NCBI RefSeq assembly: GCF_018350175.1
Contig: NC_058368.1
Coordinates: 68,450,001 to 68,514,000, forward strand
Direction of reading: 5' to 3'
Length of the DNA stretch: 64,000 bases
Origin: Felis catus
Lineage: Eukaryota
In this document: positions 49,351-62,240 of the stretch, in pieces
How positions within the stretch are numbered: the stretch's first letter is position 1
Layout of the letters: each line of letters begins with the position of its first letter
Translations under genes and position numbers: made by a program
The notes under the pieces: generated by a model
The model's input: the letters and a program-made list of their open reading frames with translations, nothing else
Told to the model about the DNA's origin: nothing
The model's database searches: none

Positions 49351-52300
49351 AGAGATAGGGCTGGATGATCACTAAGAAAGCAGGATGGCTGCTGCCCTCT
49401 CTGGGACTGATAGGTGCTCCAATGGTAGGCTCCTGAGGCAGCTTGTGCCCATGCTCCCCGAGCAAGATTTGTGAAGTGTGTTTGGAATGTTGCCATCTTA
49501 CCTTGAGCACTGGAAGACTGATGCCATGTCAGCTTCTGTTGGGGGCCCAGATGAGACCAGGAGTCTCCTTCTGAACTGCCGACAGGGGAAGCAGATTTCA
49601 ACCAAAAATGGCTCTGCACACACACACCTGTTAACTGGGTGGGCCCTGTTAACCTGGGCCTTCCCATTGAGTCAGCTCACAAAGCAAAAAGAAGGAGAAA
49701 GCATTAGCTTCTGGAGGAAAGGTGGCAGAGAGCTGGAAAGTTGGGAATCCCAAGATGGCAGTGCCTTCTCCCCTTCTGGATAGTGTTCTCTGCTCTCAAA
49801 TCTAAATTCAGGGTTCATCAGTGGCTTCTGTAATGGCACAGGGCCTGTTGGGGGAGAGGTAACCCCTAGGCAAATCTGCTTAGTAATCACCTGTGCCTTT
49901 TTTGTCCCTCCTTTCACAATTTCCCTTTCTCACTCCCCAGGCAACCTAGGAATCTTGGATGTCCAGGTTTTGACTAACCACCACTTGTGCTTACACGTGT
50001 CCTGAACACCCCTCAACATACCTCCTCCCCCATTCCTGTCCTCAGTTCTGTACCACTGATGAAAATGACCCCTTGCTTCTTTTCCTTCTTACCTCCCCTT
50101 CCAGTCATGGAAGAATGATCAACATTCTAGTTCATGAAGTGTTAACAGCTATCAGAAAGCTATCAATGAAATTCATTTTCAATGAATTGTAGATGTTTGT
50201 AATTTCCCACTGTCCTCTAATAATACTTTATTGAAAAGGAGGAGTGTTCACCAAAGTGTGGTTCCAGTTATTACCTGAACGTCAGGCAGGGGGCTCATCT
50301 GTTGGGATAGAATTACCTTCCTGGTGACTTACCCAGAAGGTGGAGAGATCCATTTGCTTGTACCCCTTGGAACTCCTAGAACTTGAGAACCAGAGGGAAC
50401 CTTTGAGCTTTTTCTATTCATCTTCCTTACTTTACACAGATGAGAGTGATGGAGTCCAAGAGGAAAAGCCAACCACAAAGAACTGTTTGGTGGCAGAACC
50501 AAGGGAAAACCTGTTCCTCTGACTCCCTTCAGTGCTGTGTTTCTGTTTAATGCCCTCTAAAGACTTGAAGCTTTTTCTGACCCCATCCGGTTATCCCTTC
50601 CCTTTCCCCATGTCGCTAGAGAAATGTTCCCACAGATCCTTATATTTAGAAAAGTATTTAAAAACCACATAATATAATTATCCTTCTAAAAAAAGGTTTC
50701 AGACTACATCTTGAACAGGTGAAAAAATAGTAATGTCCAACTCTTTGGGTTTTTTTTTTTAGTTTGTTTGGTAGAGACTAGAAGCTACCCCAAAATGACT
50801 AAGTTAGATGAGAGTGGCTTTTTATCCATAACCTCACTACCATACTCTAAAGAGAGCAGGTCAAAATGCCAATCCACATGTCAGACATTTATTAAATCAA
50901 CATTAAGCAAGTGGGAAAAAATAATTAGCATTCAGTAAGTTCAATGAGGGTCCGGTTCTTGGTCCTTCTAAATGTTCTGGCCTTACTTTGCATGAAATAT
51001 TCCCTTGAGCCAAACATAACATTGCAGACATAGTACTCTGGGATTTAAAGTTAATCAGATGTTCAGAAATCCTCCTGATGGCTGGATGAAGGACCATTTG
51101 GGGATCTCAGGGGTTATGCATGCATAAGCAGATTACCGACCTCGCTGGGTTTTATACCCTTGCCATGTGAGATGTGGAGGATGCAGGGAACACAGGGGTG
51201 TCTCCAAAATATCTTAGCACACCTACATATCTTGGAAACCTTGAATTTTACCAATCAGATCCCATTTCTAAGTCCTCATACTAGTCAATAGATCAATATT
51301 TTTTTCACCAATAAGACCCCTTTCTGACATTTGGTATACAAATGAACACTGTGGGTTGATTAAAATTTAGCTATCAGAATACATGTTGTAGTTGCCCCTG
51401 AAATGTGTTATTTTCCAATATAATGCCAGCTGACCTCCCTCAGACTATACACTCTTGAGTAAAGCAGTCAATTGCACATAGATTAAAACTATACTTGCAC
51501 ATTCATAAGTCCTCGTTACTGTAGGTAGAGTACTTTAATGGACGTTTCAGACTTCATGACAGGGTTGAATCTCCTGCCCAGAGTCATGTCTTCTCAACTC
51601 AATCCTTCCAGGGCATGTCTTGTTCCATTCCTCCGTTTCTATGGTTGTTCAGCTGTGGTTACTAGTTGACCTGGGTCTATAGTTTCTTTCCCCAGGGTCA
51701 GAACATGGGCCTCCCTTAGAACACAGCCCCAGGAAAGCCTTCTCCACACTCATAGTCTACCCGATTGGGAATTTTCTCCTAGAAATTAGCATAGGTTCTT
51801 AGGAGGTGGGATGTTGGAATTTCTGAGTTTCCATCAAGCTGGCAATTAAATTATTTTCATCATGATCCATACTGGGAGCTTTTTGCTTATGATGTAGAAT
51901 AATAAGCATACAACTGAACCAAAACAGAATATAGTGGCCACAATGGGACTAATGGTCCCTCAATGGTCTAAAAAGAATTGTCTATATCTTTTAGAATCTG
52001 AGTGGGCACAAACCCACGTTCACATGCATAGCAAATTGTAGCCCAAAACCTTGGACCTCAGCCTGCCATGCTCCAGCAAATACCTCCACCACAGACTAAC
52101 TGTTGGTTGAATTACACAACTGGAGATGTATTCCTTCAACTTAAACTCTTGGCATTCCTTGAAATGCAAATGCCCCTAGCTCTGAAATCTGGCAATAGGT
52201 CAATAGGAAAGACCAGCTGACCACCCTGAGACTGTACACTCTTGAGTAAAGCAGTCAATTACACATAGATTAAAAGTATACTTGTACATTTTGTGGAGAA

Positions 52301-53749
52301 TGGGGAGCTGGACAGAGGCCCTTGTCTGTACCCTCAAATCAAACTGTATTTGCCTATTTGCTCTGCTTGCTCGTAAGATCTACCCTCATAAGGAAACAGA
52401 GCCAAATCCTCTTACTCTGACACATCCAAATAACCTAACCTTGTGATAGGGATCAAAAGGAGTTCAGGTGGATTTGTACTCCACAGGTATAATATTTGCT
52501 TTCTCTGATTTGTCATTGTGCACAAACATAGGCTATTACTTTTATGGTCAGCAGAAGGGCAGAAGCCAAAGCTCCGGCAGAGAGTAAATAACATACGCCA
52601 TAGTGACGGAAGAAGACATTAAAAGGCTTATAAGCAAGGAGTCGCTGTGTGCAGAGCCCATCCTTGTGATTTACAGCACTAATGCTTGCTGCACACAGCC
52701 CCTCCCTATAATGGGAGGTTGGCCTTTCCTAAAATGGGGAAATTGTGGCAGTTTTACAGGCTTTATTGGGATCTATTGTGTGTGAAAATGCACGTTGGAA
52801 AGAAAGAGGCCTGGAAAAATGGCACTTCCAGCCCACTGCACTCAAGAATGTGTTTATCTGCACATGGTCCATGACCCCTGCCTTACAGGCACCCTGTGTA
52901 GGACCCAGGGGACTGGCAGAATCAACTCAGACTCCTCATGCCAGATTCAGACTGTGATCTCTGCAACTCCACAAATACCACGTGACAGGCCTGCCTACTC
53001 ACCATGACCCCTGCCCCTCACTGGAAAGCGCTAATCCGGTCTGTCTAACCATGCAGCCCTGGGAGCTCTAACTGGGTTTGTCTAACCACTGAGTTCAGGT
53101 ATGGGGTCCAAGGATTCCAGGAATGTGTGTGCGTGGTGGGGTTGAGAAGTAACACAGATGGCAATATGCCATTCAGTGGTCTAGAAACTTCACATGCATG
53201 GAAGTATTCAATCTTTACAATGATCCTACAAGGTATATACTATTTTAGTGGAGGAAACAGAGCATAGATGTGCAAAGCTAGGAAATGGGTGGGAACGTCA
53301 GCCTTCAAACCCAAGCATTCCAGCTTCAGAGTCTGGGGTGGACCCCAGAGATGGCATTGGTACCACGTTACCCCTCCAAAAGCCAGCTGGTTTCTGCCGT
53401 CCAGCCAGATGATGATTTGGTGGTTTGCTAGCAAGGGCTGACTTAGCAGTTCTAGAAACTTGAACAAAGACATACATCTGGTTTTGCCCTGCATACCCTA
53501 TGGGTATTACTCAGGCAATGGCCCCAAATGTGAGCCACCCAAAAGACGTGGGTGAAGATCAGATATGTACATTTCTTATAATTCATAATATCTCAATCCC
53601 CTTCTCCTGGCAAACTTGAGTGACTACCTCACCTTTACCAATTAATGCTTTAACCTCACTCTTTGGTTTGTTTCTGTGTTTTTTTTTTGTTTGTTTGTTT
53701 GTTTGTTTGGTTCTAGATATAAGATTTATTAAGATACCCAATTATATAT

Positions 53750-53964
53750 GGGTGCCTGAATGGCTCATACTGTTAAGCATCTAACTCTTGATTTTGGCTC
53801 AGGTCATGGTCTCATGGTTCACAAGTTTGAGCCCCACATAGGGTTCTGCTCTGACAGCCTGGAGCCTGTTTGGATTCTCTCTCCCTCTCCCTCTGCCCCT
53901 CCCCTGCTCGTTCTCACTTTCTCTCTCTCTCAAAAATAAATAAATAAATAAATAAATAAATAAA
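53750..53964 (+). mobile_element. CAN-SINE
   Basis: ggctcaggtcatggtctcatgg...gcctggagcctg...(TAAA)n tail. Confidence 0.93.
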
Positions 53965-55204
53965 TGATTTTTAAGAGACATGCTCGATTATAGCATTACC
54001 CCTGCCTTCTGACAGTGACCTATGCAGAGAGCATTCCTGCTTCCTTAAATTTCCCCCCAAAACCCCCTCACGTACCATATTGGTATTGGATCAGGAATGT
54101 GCCAGAACATCCTGATGTTCAGTAGAGCCCACATCCCTACTAATTATCCTTTCAGACACTCTCCTACTGAAATACCAGGCGTTTCCCCATGATGTGTGGT
54201 CTTGCTTGCTGCGCCAAGCATCCATAAACCCAACTTTGTTTGAATAGAGATGAATTCCAGATGAAAAGCCTTGAATGAGAGATGCAGTAACCATTAAAAC
54301 TAAAACCCGAGTTGTTCGGAATAAAAAAATACATACACGTGCAAACAAAGTACCTAGCTCCCACTTTCTTTGATGGCTGGGATGGCTCAATCTTCAGCAA
54401 CATCCTTACAGAGTCTCCACTTCCTGGAGTGCGGGGGAAAGTTGGTTCAGATTCTGTTTTGCCCTCGGAAGTGTCACCACCACCACTGTAGCACCATTCT
54501 ACTAAGAAAGGCAGATGAGTCTTGTGATTCATTGGAAATATCAAAGAGAAGGACTTGTATTTGTTTTCCAGGCTTGTGTAGTGACTGATATGGATGACAT
54601 TTCCATTCAACCCTGTACTGAATACACATTTTAAACTTCTTTAGTTTTCAAGACATGTAGGCTAGTAAGAGAGAACATGGTGCTGAGTGTCAGGTTTTGC
54701 AAAGGAAAGTTAGTTAGTTAGATATTCCCTATGCATTTTTCAAGTATTTCCATCTAGATTTATCAACTGCAACTAATATTTTTTAAAGGATTTCACAAAG
54801 TTATTTGTAGGTATAAACCCCAAATTGCAATACAATATAATAAGCATCAACTAAGGAACACAGAGGAAGAGAACTTTTGTTGACATGGATAGGCCAAGAG
54901 TAGACCATTCCTAGATAAGGCAATGCTTTTGCAGAGTTAAGTAGTCATTAGTCAGGCTAATGATCTACAAGGTAAGCCAGGTAGAAAAAGCCACTTTGGT
55001 AAAGGAATAGATGTCAGGATCCTTGGAAGAAATTTCCGATAGAAATAGATCAGTTTGGCTCCCTTAGGTAAACTTCCCAAAGCCCTCAGGTTGAGTTAGT
55101 ATATTTCTGCTATTATAAAGCATGTGATGTTCTTACATACCAGTGATTTTTCTATGTATTTGTTTCTTGTACTAGAAGGAATGTTCTGGCACATTCCTGA
55201 TCCG

Positions 55205-55420
55205 ATACCAATATGGTATGTGAGACTGAGAACAGGGCTTTAGCGTCAGATAGAACTGGCACTGCCATTATATCCTGCAACTTAGACAAGCATCTGGCAG
55301 CACAAAACAGGTGCTCAGAAATATGAAGTCATTTGACCTTGTGGAGCTTTAGTGTTCTCACATGTTAAATAAAGATAATACCTACCTGGAAGAAGAGAGA
55401 TCATCGAGGGCTTAATGGAA
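55205..55420 (+). mobile_element. MIR
   Basis: gggctttagcgtcagataga...catttgacctt...ttctcacatgttaaataaagataatacctacc. Confidence 0.55.
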
Positions 55421-55429
55421 TAATCTAGA

Positions 55430-56830
55430 GAAGTAATGATGTTGGCTTTCTTTCAGGTTGTAGCATTAGAAATGGAGAGATTCAGGATGTGTTCTGGAGG
55501 AAGAATTTTCAGAGCCTTCTAATGAATTCAATATGATGGGTAAGTGAAAAAGAGACTTCATCCTGTTTTTTGACTTTCAGTTGCAAGTGTCACTGATATA
55601 GGGAAGACTGGGGGATACGTTACTAAGTAAAGGCATCTAATAATCAATTAGATGCAAGATTCTGGCGTGTAAAAGATCTGTATATGCACAAGGTGAGACT
55701 TTTTATCCTATAAATGACATTGAAATGAGATGCTTGAAACCACCTAAAGAGAGTATCATTTGGGAGGAGGAGCCCCAGACATATCCCTTGGAATATTCCA
55801 ATATTTAAGGCCAAGCAGAAGAGCATCAGTCAACAAAGGAGACTAAGAATGAGTGACTCTGAATAAATGGCCACAACTCAGTAAAAGAAAAATCAGGAGA
55901 GTGTGCTATCACAGAGGCCAAGGGGAAAAAGTGTTTGAAGAAGGATAGAATGTCTGATCACATCAACTATTCCGTAGAAATCAGGTAAGGCAAAAATAGA
56001 GAAAGAATGTGGCAAAGTCAGGATCCTCAGGAATTTTAATTAGCAGTGTTAGCGGAGTCCCAATGTGTAGTAAAGACAGGAACTCTGGACAGCCCTTGCA
56101 AGAATGTTTGCTTGGAGAGGTAAGGAACACTAATAGATTGGTAGATTGTCAAGAGAGGATTCTGTGGTTCTATCTTATATTTTATTAAGGATTGGAGGCA
56201 CTTTTGTTTCACATTAGAATGATCTGGTACAAAGAGGAAACTAATGATCCCGGAGAAAGAAGGGATACTTACACGAGTGATGTTCTTGAAAAGGGGAGAG
56301 AAGATGGTAGACATGTGGTTGACATCTGAAGAGATACTTTATTCACGACCCTTGGAGCGCAGGTGCAAACCTTAGGCTCATGGTGAATCTAGTGGAGGGA
56401 AGCACAAGAAATTCTTATTTCACTGTTTCTAATTTCTCTTAGAACTTTAGAGCAAGGTCATTTGTTGAAAGTGAAGGGGGAGGAGGGGAAGCAAGATGTT
56501 TGAGGAGAGAGGGCAATGTGTTAAAAAGTCACTTTAGGGAATGGGAAAGAGACCACTAGGGATCTGTGATAAGATTAGCAAGCAGCATTGTATGCCCGTT
56601 TGAAATGTATGAACATGACTCAAAGTGAGACAAACACATGAAACTGTGTGCTTTGCTAAGCCAATGTTTGGCTACTCCGCTGCAGGAATGGAATAAGTGG
56701 ATATTTGGTTTCTCTAGTATTGGTATCGACCAGGCAGGTAGAGAGCAAGGGAGTTGCAAAGAGAGCAAAGGTGTTTGCAGAGAAAGTGGGAACATGAGGG
56801 GCATGATGGCTGGGGCCAAATAAATATCTG
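55430..56830 (-). mobile_element. L2 LINE fragments
   Basis: caacaaaggagactaagaatgagtg, gtgtttgaagaagga, caggtaaggcaaaaatagagaa L2-like motifs. Confidence 0.6.
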
Positions 56831-56944
56831 GTAAATGAACGAATAACTGAGGACAGTGAAAAATTCCAGAGCGGAAATATGCATCATTATTGAGTCACTT
56901 ATCAACTCTATATCAGTTTGCCTTTTCTACTGCCATTGCTGCTG

Positions 56945-57440
56945 AACGTGGGCAGTGCGCACCCTGGTGCTTGTGACACTTGGGTTCTCAACTGCTTCCT
57001 CGCAGCACGTGCTTGTGAAAGACACACACGTCACCTGGATGGCTTCGAGTAACCAAGGAGACCGACATGACTCCTGCAAAAACCTTGAGTGACATTTTCA
57101 GGGATGCAATCCTGGCTTCCTCGTAAGGTGGCTATATAAACCTATACGTGATAGGTTTGCGGGCTCAGAAGGCCCGTCACTAAAAGGTCTCAGGGCCAGG
57201 GTGTGGGAGTGGGGAAAAAAGGGAGGTAAGAAGATAAAATGTACAGAAGGAATCTGCATGGGCTACCACCCCCCTTTGTTTCTTCTGCCCTCTGAGCCCC
57301 CAGACAAAGGGAAGTCTGTCTGCCATTCCTTGAAGGTTCTCTGGCTCCTTTCCTGTCCCCGTGGCCCAGGAACAGTCATTTAACCACATCTCTCTTTTTG
57401 ATAACACACCTTGTGGTGTGACACATGGGAGACCCCAGAT
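56945..57440 (-). mobile_element. ERVL LTR of the MER54/MER73/MER74 group
   Basis: taaccaaggagaccgac, ggatgcaatcctggc, gtgataggtttgcggg, cagacaaagggaagtctgtc motifs. Confidence 0.55.
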
Positions 57441-57467
57441 TCCTGTCTATTCTAAAAGTCTTTAACA

Positions 57468-57680
57468 GGGGCACTTGGTGGTGCAGTTGGTTAAACATCT
57501 GACTCTGGAGCTGGACTCAGGTCATGATCTCACAGTTGGTAGTGGGATTGAGGCCTGAGTCAGGCTCTGTGCTAAGCATGGAACCTGCTTAGGATTCTGT
57601 CTCCCCCCTCCCTCCCTCTCTGCCCCTCCCCCACTCATGCACTCTCTGTCTCTCTCAAATAAAGAAATAAATAAACATTG
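57468..57680 (+). mobile_element. CAN-SINE
   Basis: Consensus body; TSD aaaagtctttaa / aaaaatctttaa. Confidence 0.92.
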
Positions 57681-58700
57681 AAAAATCTTTAATGGCTTCT
57701 GTCGTCATCAGTAAACTTTCATTACTCTCAACGGACAATTTTGTTTTCCTTCCCCAACGAAAGCCCATTTGTTGTTGTTTTAAAGGCTCTTCTGCAGATG
57801 GGACACTTGCAAATAAAAATAGCAAACACACAGGCACCTGTGCCTCTATTTAGAAGCATCATGAGTGAAAGGAGGGTGCTCATTGCCTGGGGCCCCTTTT
57901 TATTCCACTTAGCCTGACTACTGAGCTGGCAAGAGCAGGTAACAGCTTTGTCCCAGGGTCTCCGAGCACCGTGACTGCAGAATGACAGCTGTGGATGGAA
58001 GGCTCCGAGCTGCCACACAAATGCATCCGGTTCCCCAGGAAATGGTATGTGGATTGGGTTTTTTGAGTCCAAGAAAGAAAAGGCTAAAAGGTGCTTAATT
58101 TATGGGCTTTCAGTATATGAAAGTGTAGGTTTTTTGGTTTTGTTTTTTCACATTCCTTAGAACCATAGCTTTGAACGCTGACAAGGAAGCATGAAGTCAT
58201 AAACACAAAGCCAGAAATCCTGCCATTGGGCGCAAGGAAATATCCCCTAACCATCTGTCCTCGTGGAGACTCTCAAATGTGCTACTGAGCAGATTTGCAA
58301 TGTCTGTCTCTGGATATAGTTCACGTGTGGGCCGTAAACCTGGGGCGTCACCTTTCTGAGGGCAGGAAGCGGGGCCCCAGGCTCTGGAGCCTCCTCTCAG
58401 TGCCTCTTCCCAAGTGCACTTGGACGTGGGTGTCATCAAGGTCGAATGGGCTTATCCGCCCTTCTGAAATGAGCGTTCACCTTGGACCACCCGGCACGAC
58501 CTCCGTGTCCTCTTCTGGAAAAGGGAGAGGGTGGGATGTAGATTTACAAAACGTCTGCCATGTATTAGGCCCTGCAGATGAGAAAACGGAGAAGCGGAGG
58601 CAGGAATAATCTCCTCCAGGCCTCGAGCCAGTCAGACTCCAGACCCCGGCATCACCACCCTACTGTGCATTTCTGAAGCCTTTAAAATGCCGAGCCTCTT

Positions 58701-59541
58701 TCCATAATTTGGCTATTGTTGAGAGTGCTGCTATAAACATTGGGGTACAAGTGCCCCTATGCATCAGTACTCCTGTATCCCTTGGGTAAATTCCTAGCAG
58801 TGCTATTGCTGGGACATAGGATAGATCTATTTTTAATTTTTTGAGGAACCTCCACACTGTTTCCCAGAGTGGCTGCACCAATTTGCATTCCCACCAAACA
58901 GTGCAAGAGGGTTCCCGTTTCTCCACATCCTCTCCAGTATCTATAGTCTCCTGATTTGTTCATTTTGGCCACTCTGACTGGCGTGAGGTGATATCTGAGT
59001 GTGGTTTGGATTTGTATTTCCCTGATGAGGAGCGACGTTGAGCATCTTTTCATGTGCCTGTTGGCCATCCGGATGTCTTCTTTAGAGAAGTGTCTATTCA
59101 TGTTTTCTGCCCATTTCTTCACTGGGTTATTTGTTTTTTGGGTGTGGAGTTTGGAGAGCTCTTTATAGATTTTGGATACTATACGGCCCTTTGTAGCAAC
59201 ATGGATGGAACTGGAGAGTGTTATGCTAAGTGAAATAAGCCATACAGAGAAAGACAGATACCATATGTTTTCACTCTTATGTGGATCCTGAGAAACTTAA
59301 CAGAAACCCATGGGGGAGGGGAAGGAAAATAAAAAAAACAGGTTAGAGTGGGAGAGAGCCAAAGCATAAGAGACTCTTAAAAACTGAGAACAAACTGAGG
59401 GTTGATGGAGGGTGGGAGGGAGGGGAGGGTGGGTGATGGGTATTGAGGAGGACACTTTTTGGGATGAGCACTGGGTGTTGTATGGAAACCAATTTGACAA
59501 TAAATTTCATATATTGAGAGAAAAATAAAAAATAAAAAAAA
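58701..59541 (+). mobile_element. Young carnivore/felid L1, 5'-truncated and 5'-inverted (58701-59180 antisense, 59181-59541 sense)
   Basis: Perfect TSD taaaatgccgagcctctt (58683-58700 / 59542-59559); minus-strand ORFs give ORF2 [16 protein letters not shown]...AKLWKE; plus strand gives [20 protein letters not shown]...CGS* then 3'UTR and A tail. Confidence 0.97.
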
Positions 59542-59960
59542 TAAAATGCCGAGCCTCTTGTTTTCAGAGACTTTCTCTGCCTGGCCTCTTTGTTCCAGCT
59601 TGATGGCAGCTTTATTTAGGTGATAATAGAAGGCTTGCTGTTTTATGAGGCGTAATCCAAGCCCTGTGTGGATAACTATTCTTTTAGGTTGAGAGGTTTA
59701 TCCCTCCTATAAAAAGAGGTAGATGATTGCTCTGAAAATCCAGTCTTTTATTCATTCTTGCATTAGGTAAAGACACTTGCATATTCACTTTTAGCAGAGG
59801 CTCGCAGGGAACCCCAAGCTGGGTATGCAAGCGTGGCTGCAACACGGAGACCAGACATGGGGACTGTTATTCCTTCACTGTTGGCTGAGCATAGAGGAAA
59901 TCACCTGCAGTCCTTAGAATGCCTCCTTTTCCTCTTGTTTGAACTTTTAAAGGGGTTGCA

Positions 59961-60072
59961 GGAGTAGCGACTGTCCCTTTGGGGGAGAGGGGACTGCCCC
60001 AGTGTTAGCACCAAAAATCTTGCATTCCAGAAAAACCCTAGTCCTGAGTAAACCAAATGGTTACTAATCTTA
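59961..60072. mobile_element. MER81-like hAT-Blackjack MITE
   Basis: gggactgccccagtgttagcacc...aaaaccctagtcctgagtaaacc resembles MER81. Confidence 0.45.
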
Positions 60073-60419
60073 GTTCAAACCTCAAGTGGAAGAAAGTCTA
60101 CAAAGACAGAAGGGACTGGGAAGCAGGAACTAAAGCAGATAGATGTTTAAAAATGGTTTACTGTCCCTAGGCATTGGAAGCCACTTTCATATATTCCCTG
60201 ACGACAGAATGGGATCTTTTGAAAGCCAAGGGAAACAACCTAGAAGTGCATTAAATAGGAAAATGTAGAGCCTCGATCTCTGAAATACAAGACAGCCTTA
60301 GAAATTAAGAGAGTACATGTGTATATGACCATGTTAAATAATTTCCAAATTTGGAGCAAAAAAAAAAGAGAGAGAGAAATGTATAAATCTTTTGTATATG
60401 TTTATCATTTATGGAAGTA

Positions 60420-60990
60420 GTGTATTCATTCTCTATTACTGTGTATCCATGTTGTTACAATGGTTAGGACAATACGCACTCATTATCCCCTGGTTTCTGT
60501 GTCAGGAGTCAGGGAATGGCTTGGCTGGACTCCCTCCGAGGGCACAGTCACAGCGGCAGGTGGACTGTGCTCTCATCTGAAGCTTTGACTAAGATGGATC
60601 TGCTTTCCTTTTTTTTTTTTAATATTTATATATTTTTGAGAGAGAGAGAGACAGAGTGAGAGTGGGGGAGGGGCAGAGAGAAAGGAAGACAGAATCCAAA
60701 GCAGCTCTAGGCTCTAAGCTGTCAGCACACAGCCCGAGGTGGGGCTCAAACTCATGACCTGTGAGATCATGACCTGAGCCGAAGTCTGATGCTTAACCGA
60801 CTGAGCCACCCAGGTGCCCTGGAATAGATCTGCTTTCAAACTCACATGGTTGTTGCAGAAGCTGAGGCCCCCCTTGGCGCCTAAAGGATGTCACACAGGA
60901 CCCACATAGCCCTCAAGGTAGCAAGGAACTCAAGCAAGATGAGCGCTACAATCTCATGTAACTTACCACACAATTGGGTTGGATCCAGTT
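60420..60990 (-). mobile_element. MLT1-type LTR split by a SINE
   Basis: tgtattcattctctattactgtgta...gtttctgtgtcaggagtc...ctcatctgaagctttgact. Confidence 0.7.
60609..60820 (-). mobile_element. CAN-SINE (felid type)
   Basis: Consensus body; TSD atggatctgctttc / atagatctgctttc. Confidence 0.94.
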
Positions 60991-61054
60991 TCATTTTTTC
61001 ACAGTTTAGTTTTTTCCAAGGGCATTTATTACTTTTTTATTAAAATAAACACAT

Positions 61055-61090
<36 letters not shown>
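61055..61090. repeat. (CA)n microsatellite
   Basis: Directly visible. Confidence 0.95.
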
Positions 61091-61091
<1 letters not shown>

Positions 61092-61494
61092 ATTTCACTA
61101 ATCAGTAAAGAGAATAAAATATAAGACCAGGGACAAAACATGTTGTTCACTTGGCAATCGTCCTCGTAACCCCAGGCTCCCCCACTGTTTGTGTTCGGAG
61201 ACAGCTCAGCGCCAGTGTCGAGCCAAGGCTTGCATGTCACCTGTCCTGTACGTGAAAATCAAGGGGAGCCTTATGGCAACGTTAAGACATCGTAAAGAAA
61301 CTCTATCACATCTCTTAAAAACGCCGTTATGGTGTATTGAATTGATCGGAGAAGGTATACTGAGATAAGTGGTCCCTTCCTCACTAAAGAGTTAAAGCAG
61401 GCCAACTGCATTTAAGGCGTACCTAAGGACACCATGAGCTCACTGATGTAAGGGCATGGGAGTGTCCTAAGAAGCAAAAGGCTACTAATATCTC

Positions 61495-61650
61495 ATAACT
61501 CCCCAAGTGGTCCACAGACCAGCAACCCTGGCATCACCTTGGAGTTTTTAAGAATGAGGTTTCTCTTCCCGCCCCAGACATCACTGAATCAGAATCTGCA
61601 TTTGAAAAAGATTCCAATGCACAAGTTGGGGAGGTTTTCAACCAGACTAC
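61495..61650. mobile_element. MER5A-type MITE
   Basis: aagtggtccacagaccagca...catcacct...ccccagac...ctgaatcagaatctgcattt. Confidence 0.75.
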
Positions 61651-61679
61651 TCCACAGGAGAGTACAAATCACACCCAGG

Positions 61680-62240
61680 ATAGCTCGCGCACATTTTCAC
61701 AGGAGCTATCTACACAGGAAAGCCTATTGAAATATTGCTTATAATAGCAAACCCCCAACCAAACAGAAAGCGCAAAAAACCTGGAAAAAAATAATTGATC
61801 ATCTGTAGTGGATTGAAAAATAAGTTGCTGTGTATTTATCAAAGGAACACCGCAAGAAGTTAAAAGGAAAAAGCTCCAGCTACATCTATCGTGGATGTAT
61901 AGATAAGTGGATATATGGGTCACTCCTGAAAAGATAATGGTGCGTGCAACCAAGACCAAAAATAAAAATAACCAAGTTCCGGGAAGAAATATACAACATA
62001 AGATCATTTGCGTAGAGTTCGAGGACTTGGCGTGTGGACGCATACACGGGTAAGTAAGCATCAGAACGGCAAACACCACCTTCAAGACGGTGGCTTCATC
62101 TGAAAAGAGGAGAAAGGGATGAGAAGGAGAAACATTTAGAGCTTCTTTCACGTGCATGCTTCCTTCTGGGTGGCGGATACATGGATGTTTGCATATTTTC
62201 CCCCGCTTTTTTTTTTTAATACTCAAAATATTTCATCATA
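61680..62240 (+). mobile_element. Old L1 3'UTR (L1MD/ME-like)
   Basis: ttgcttataatagcaaac...catctgtagtggattg; ctgggtggcggatacatggatgttt...aaatatttcatcataa end. Confidence 0.6.

Noticed and set aside
58660..59122. ORFs with real protein homology
   Set aside because: Frameshifted L1 ORF2 fragment, not a host gene.
61669..62226. 185-aa hydrophobic ORF
   Set aside because: Antisense reading of an old L1 3'UTR.
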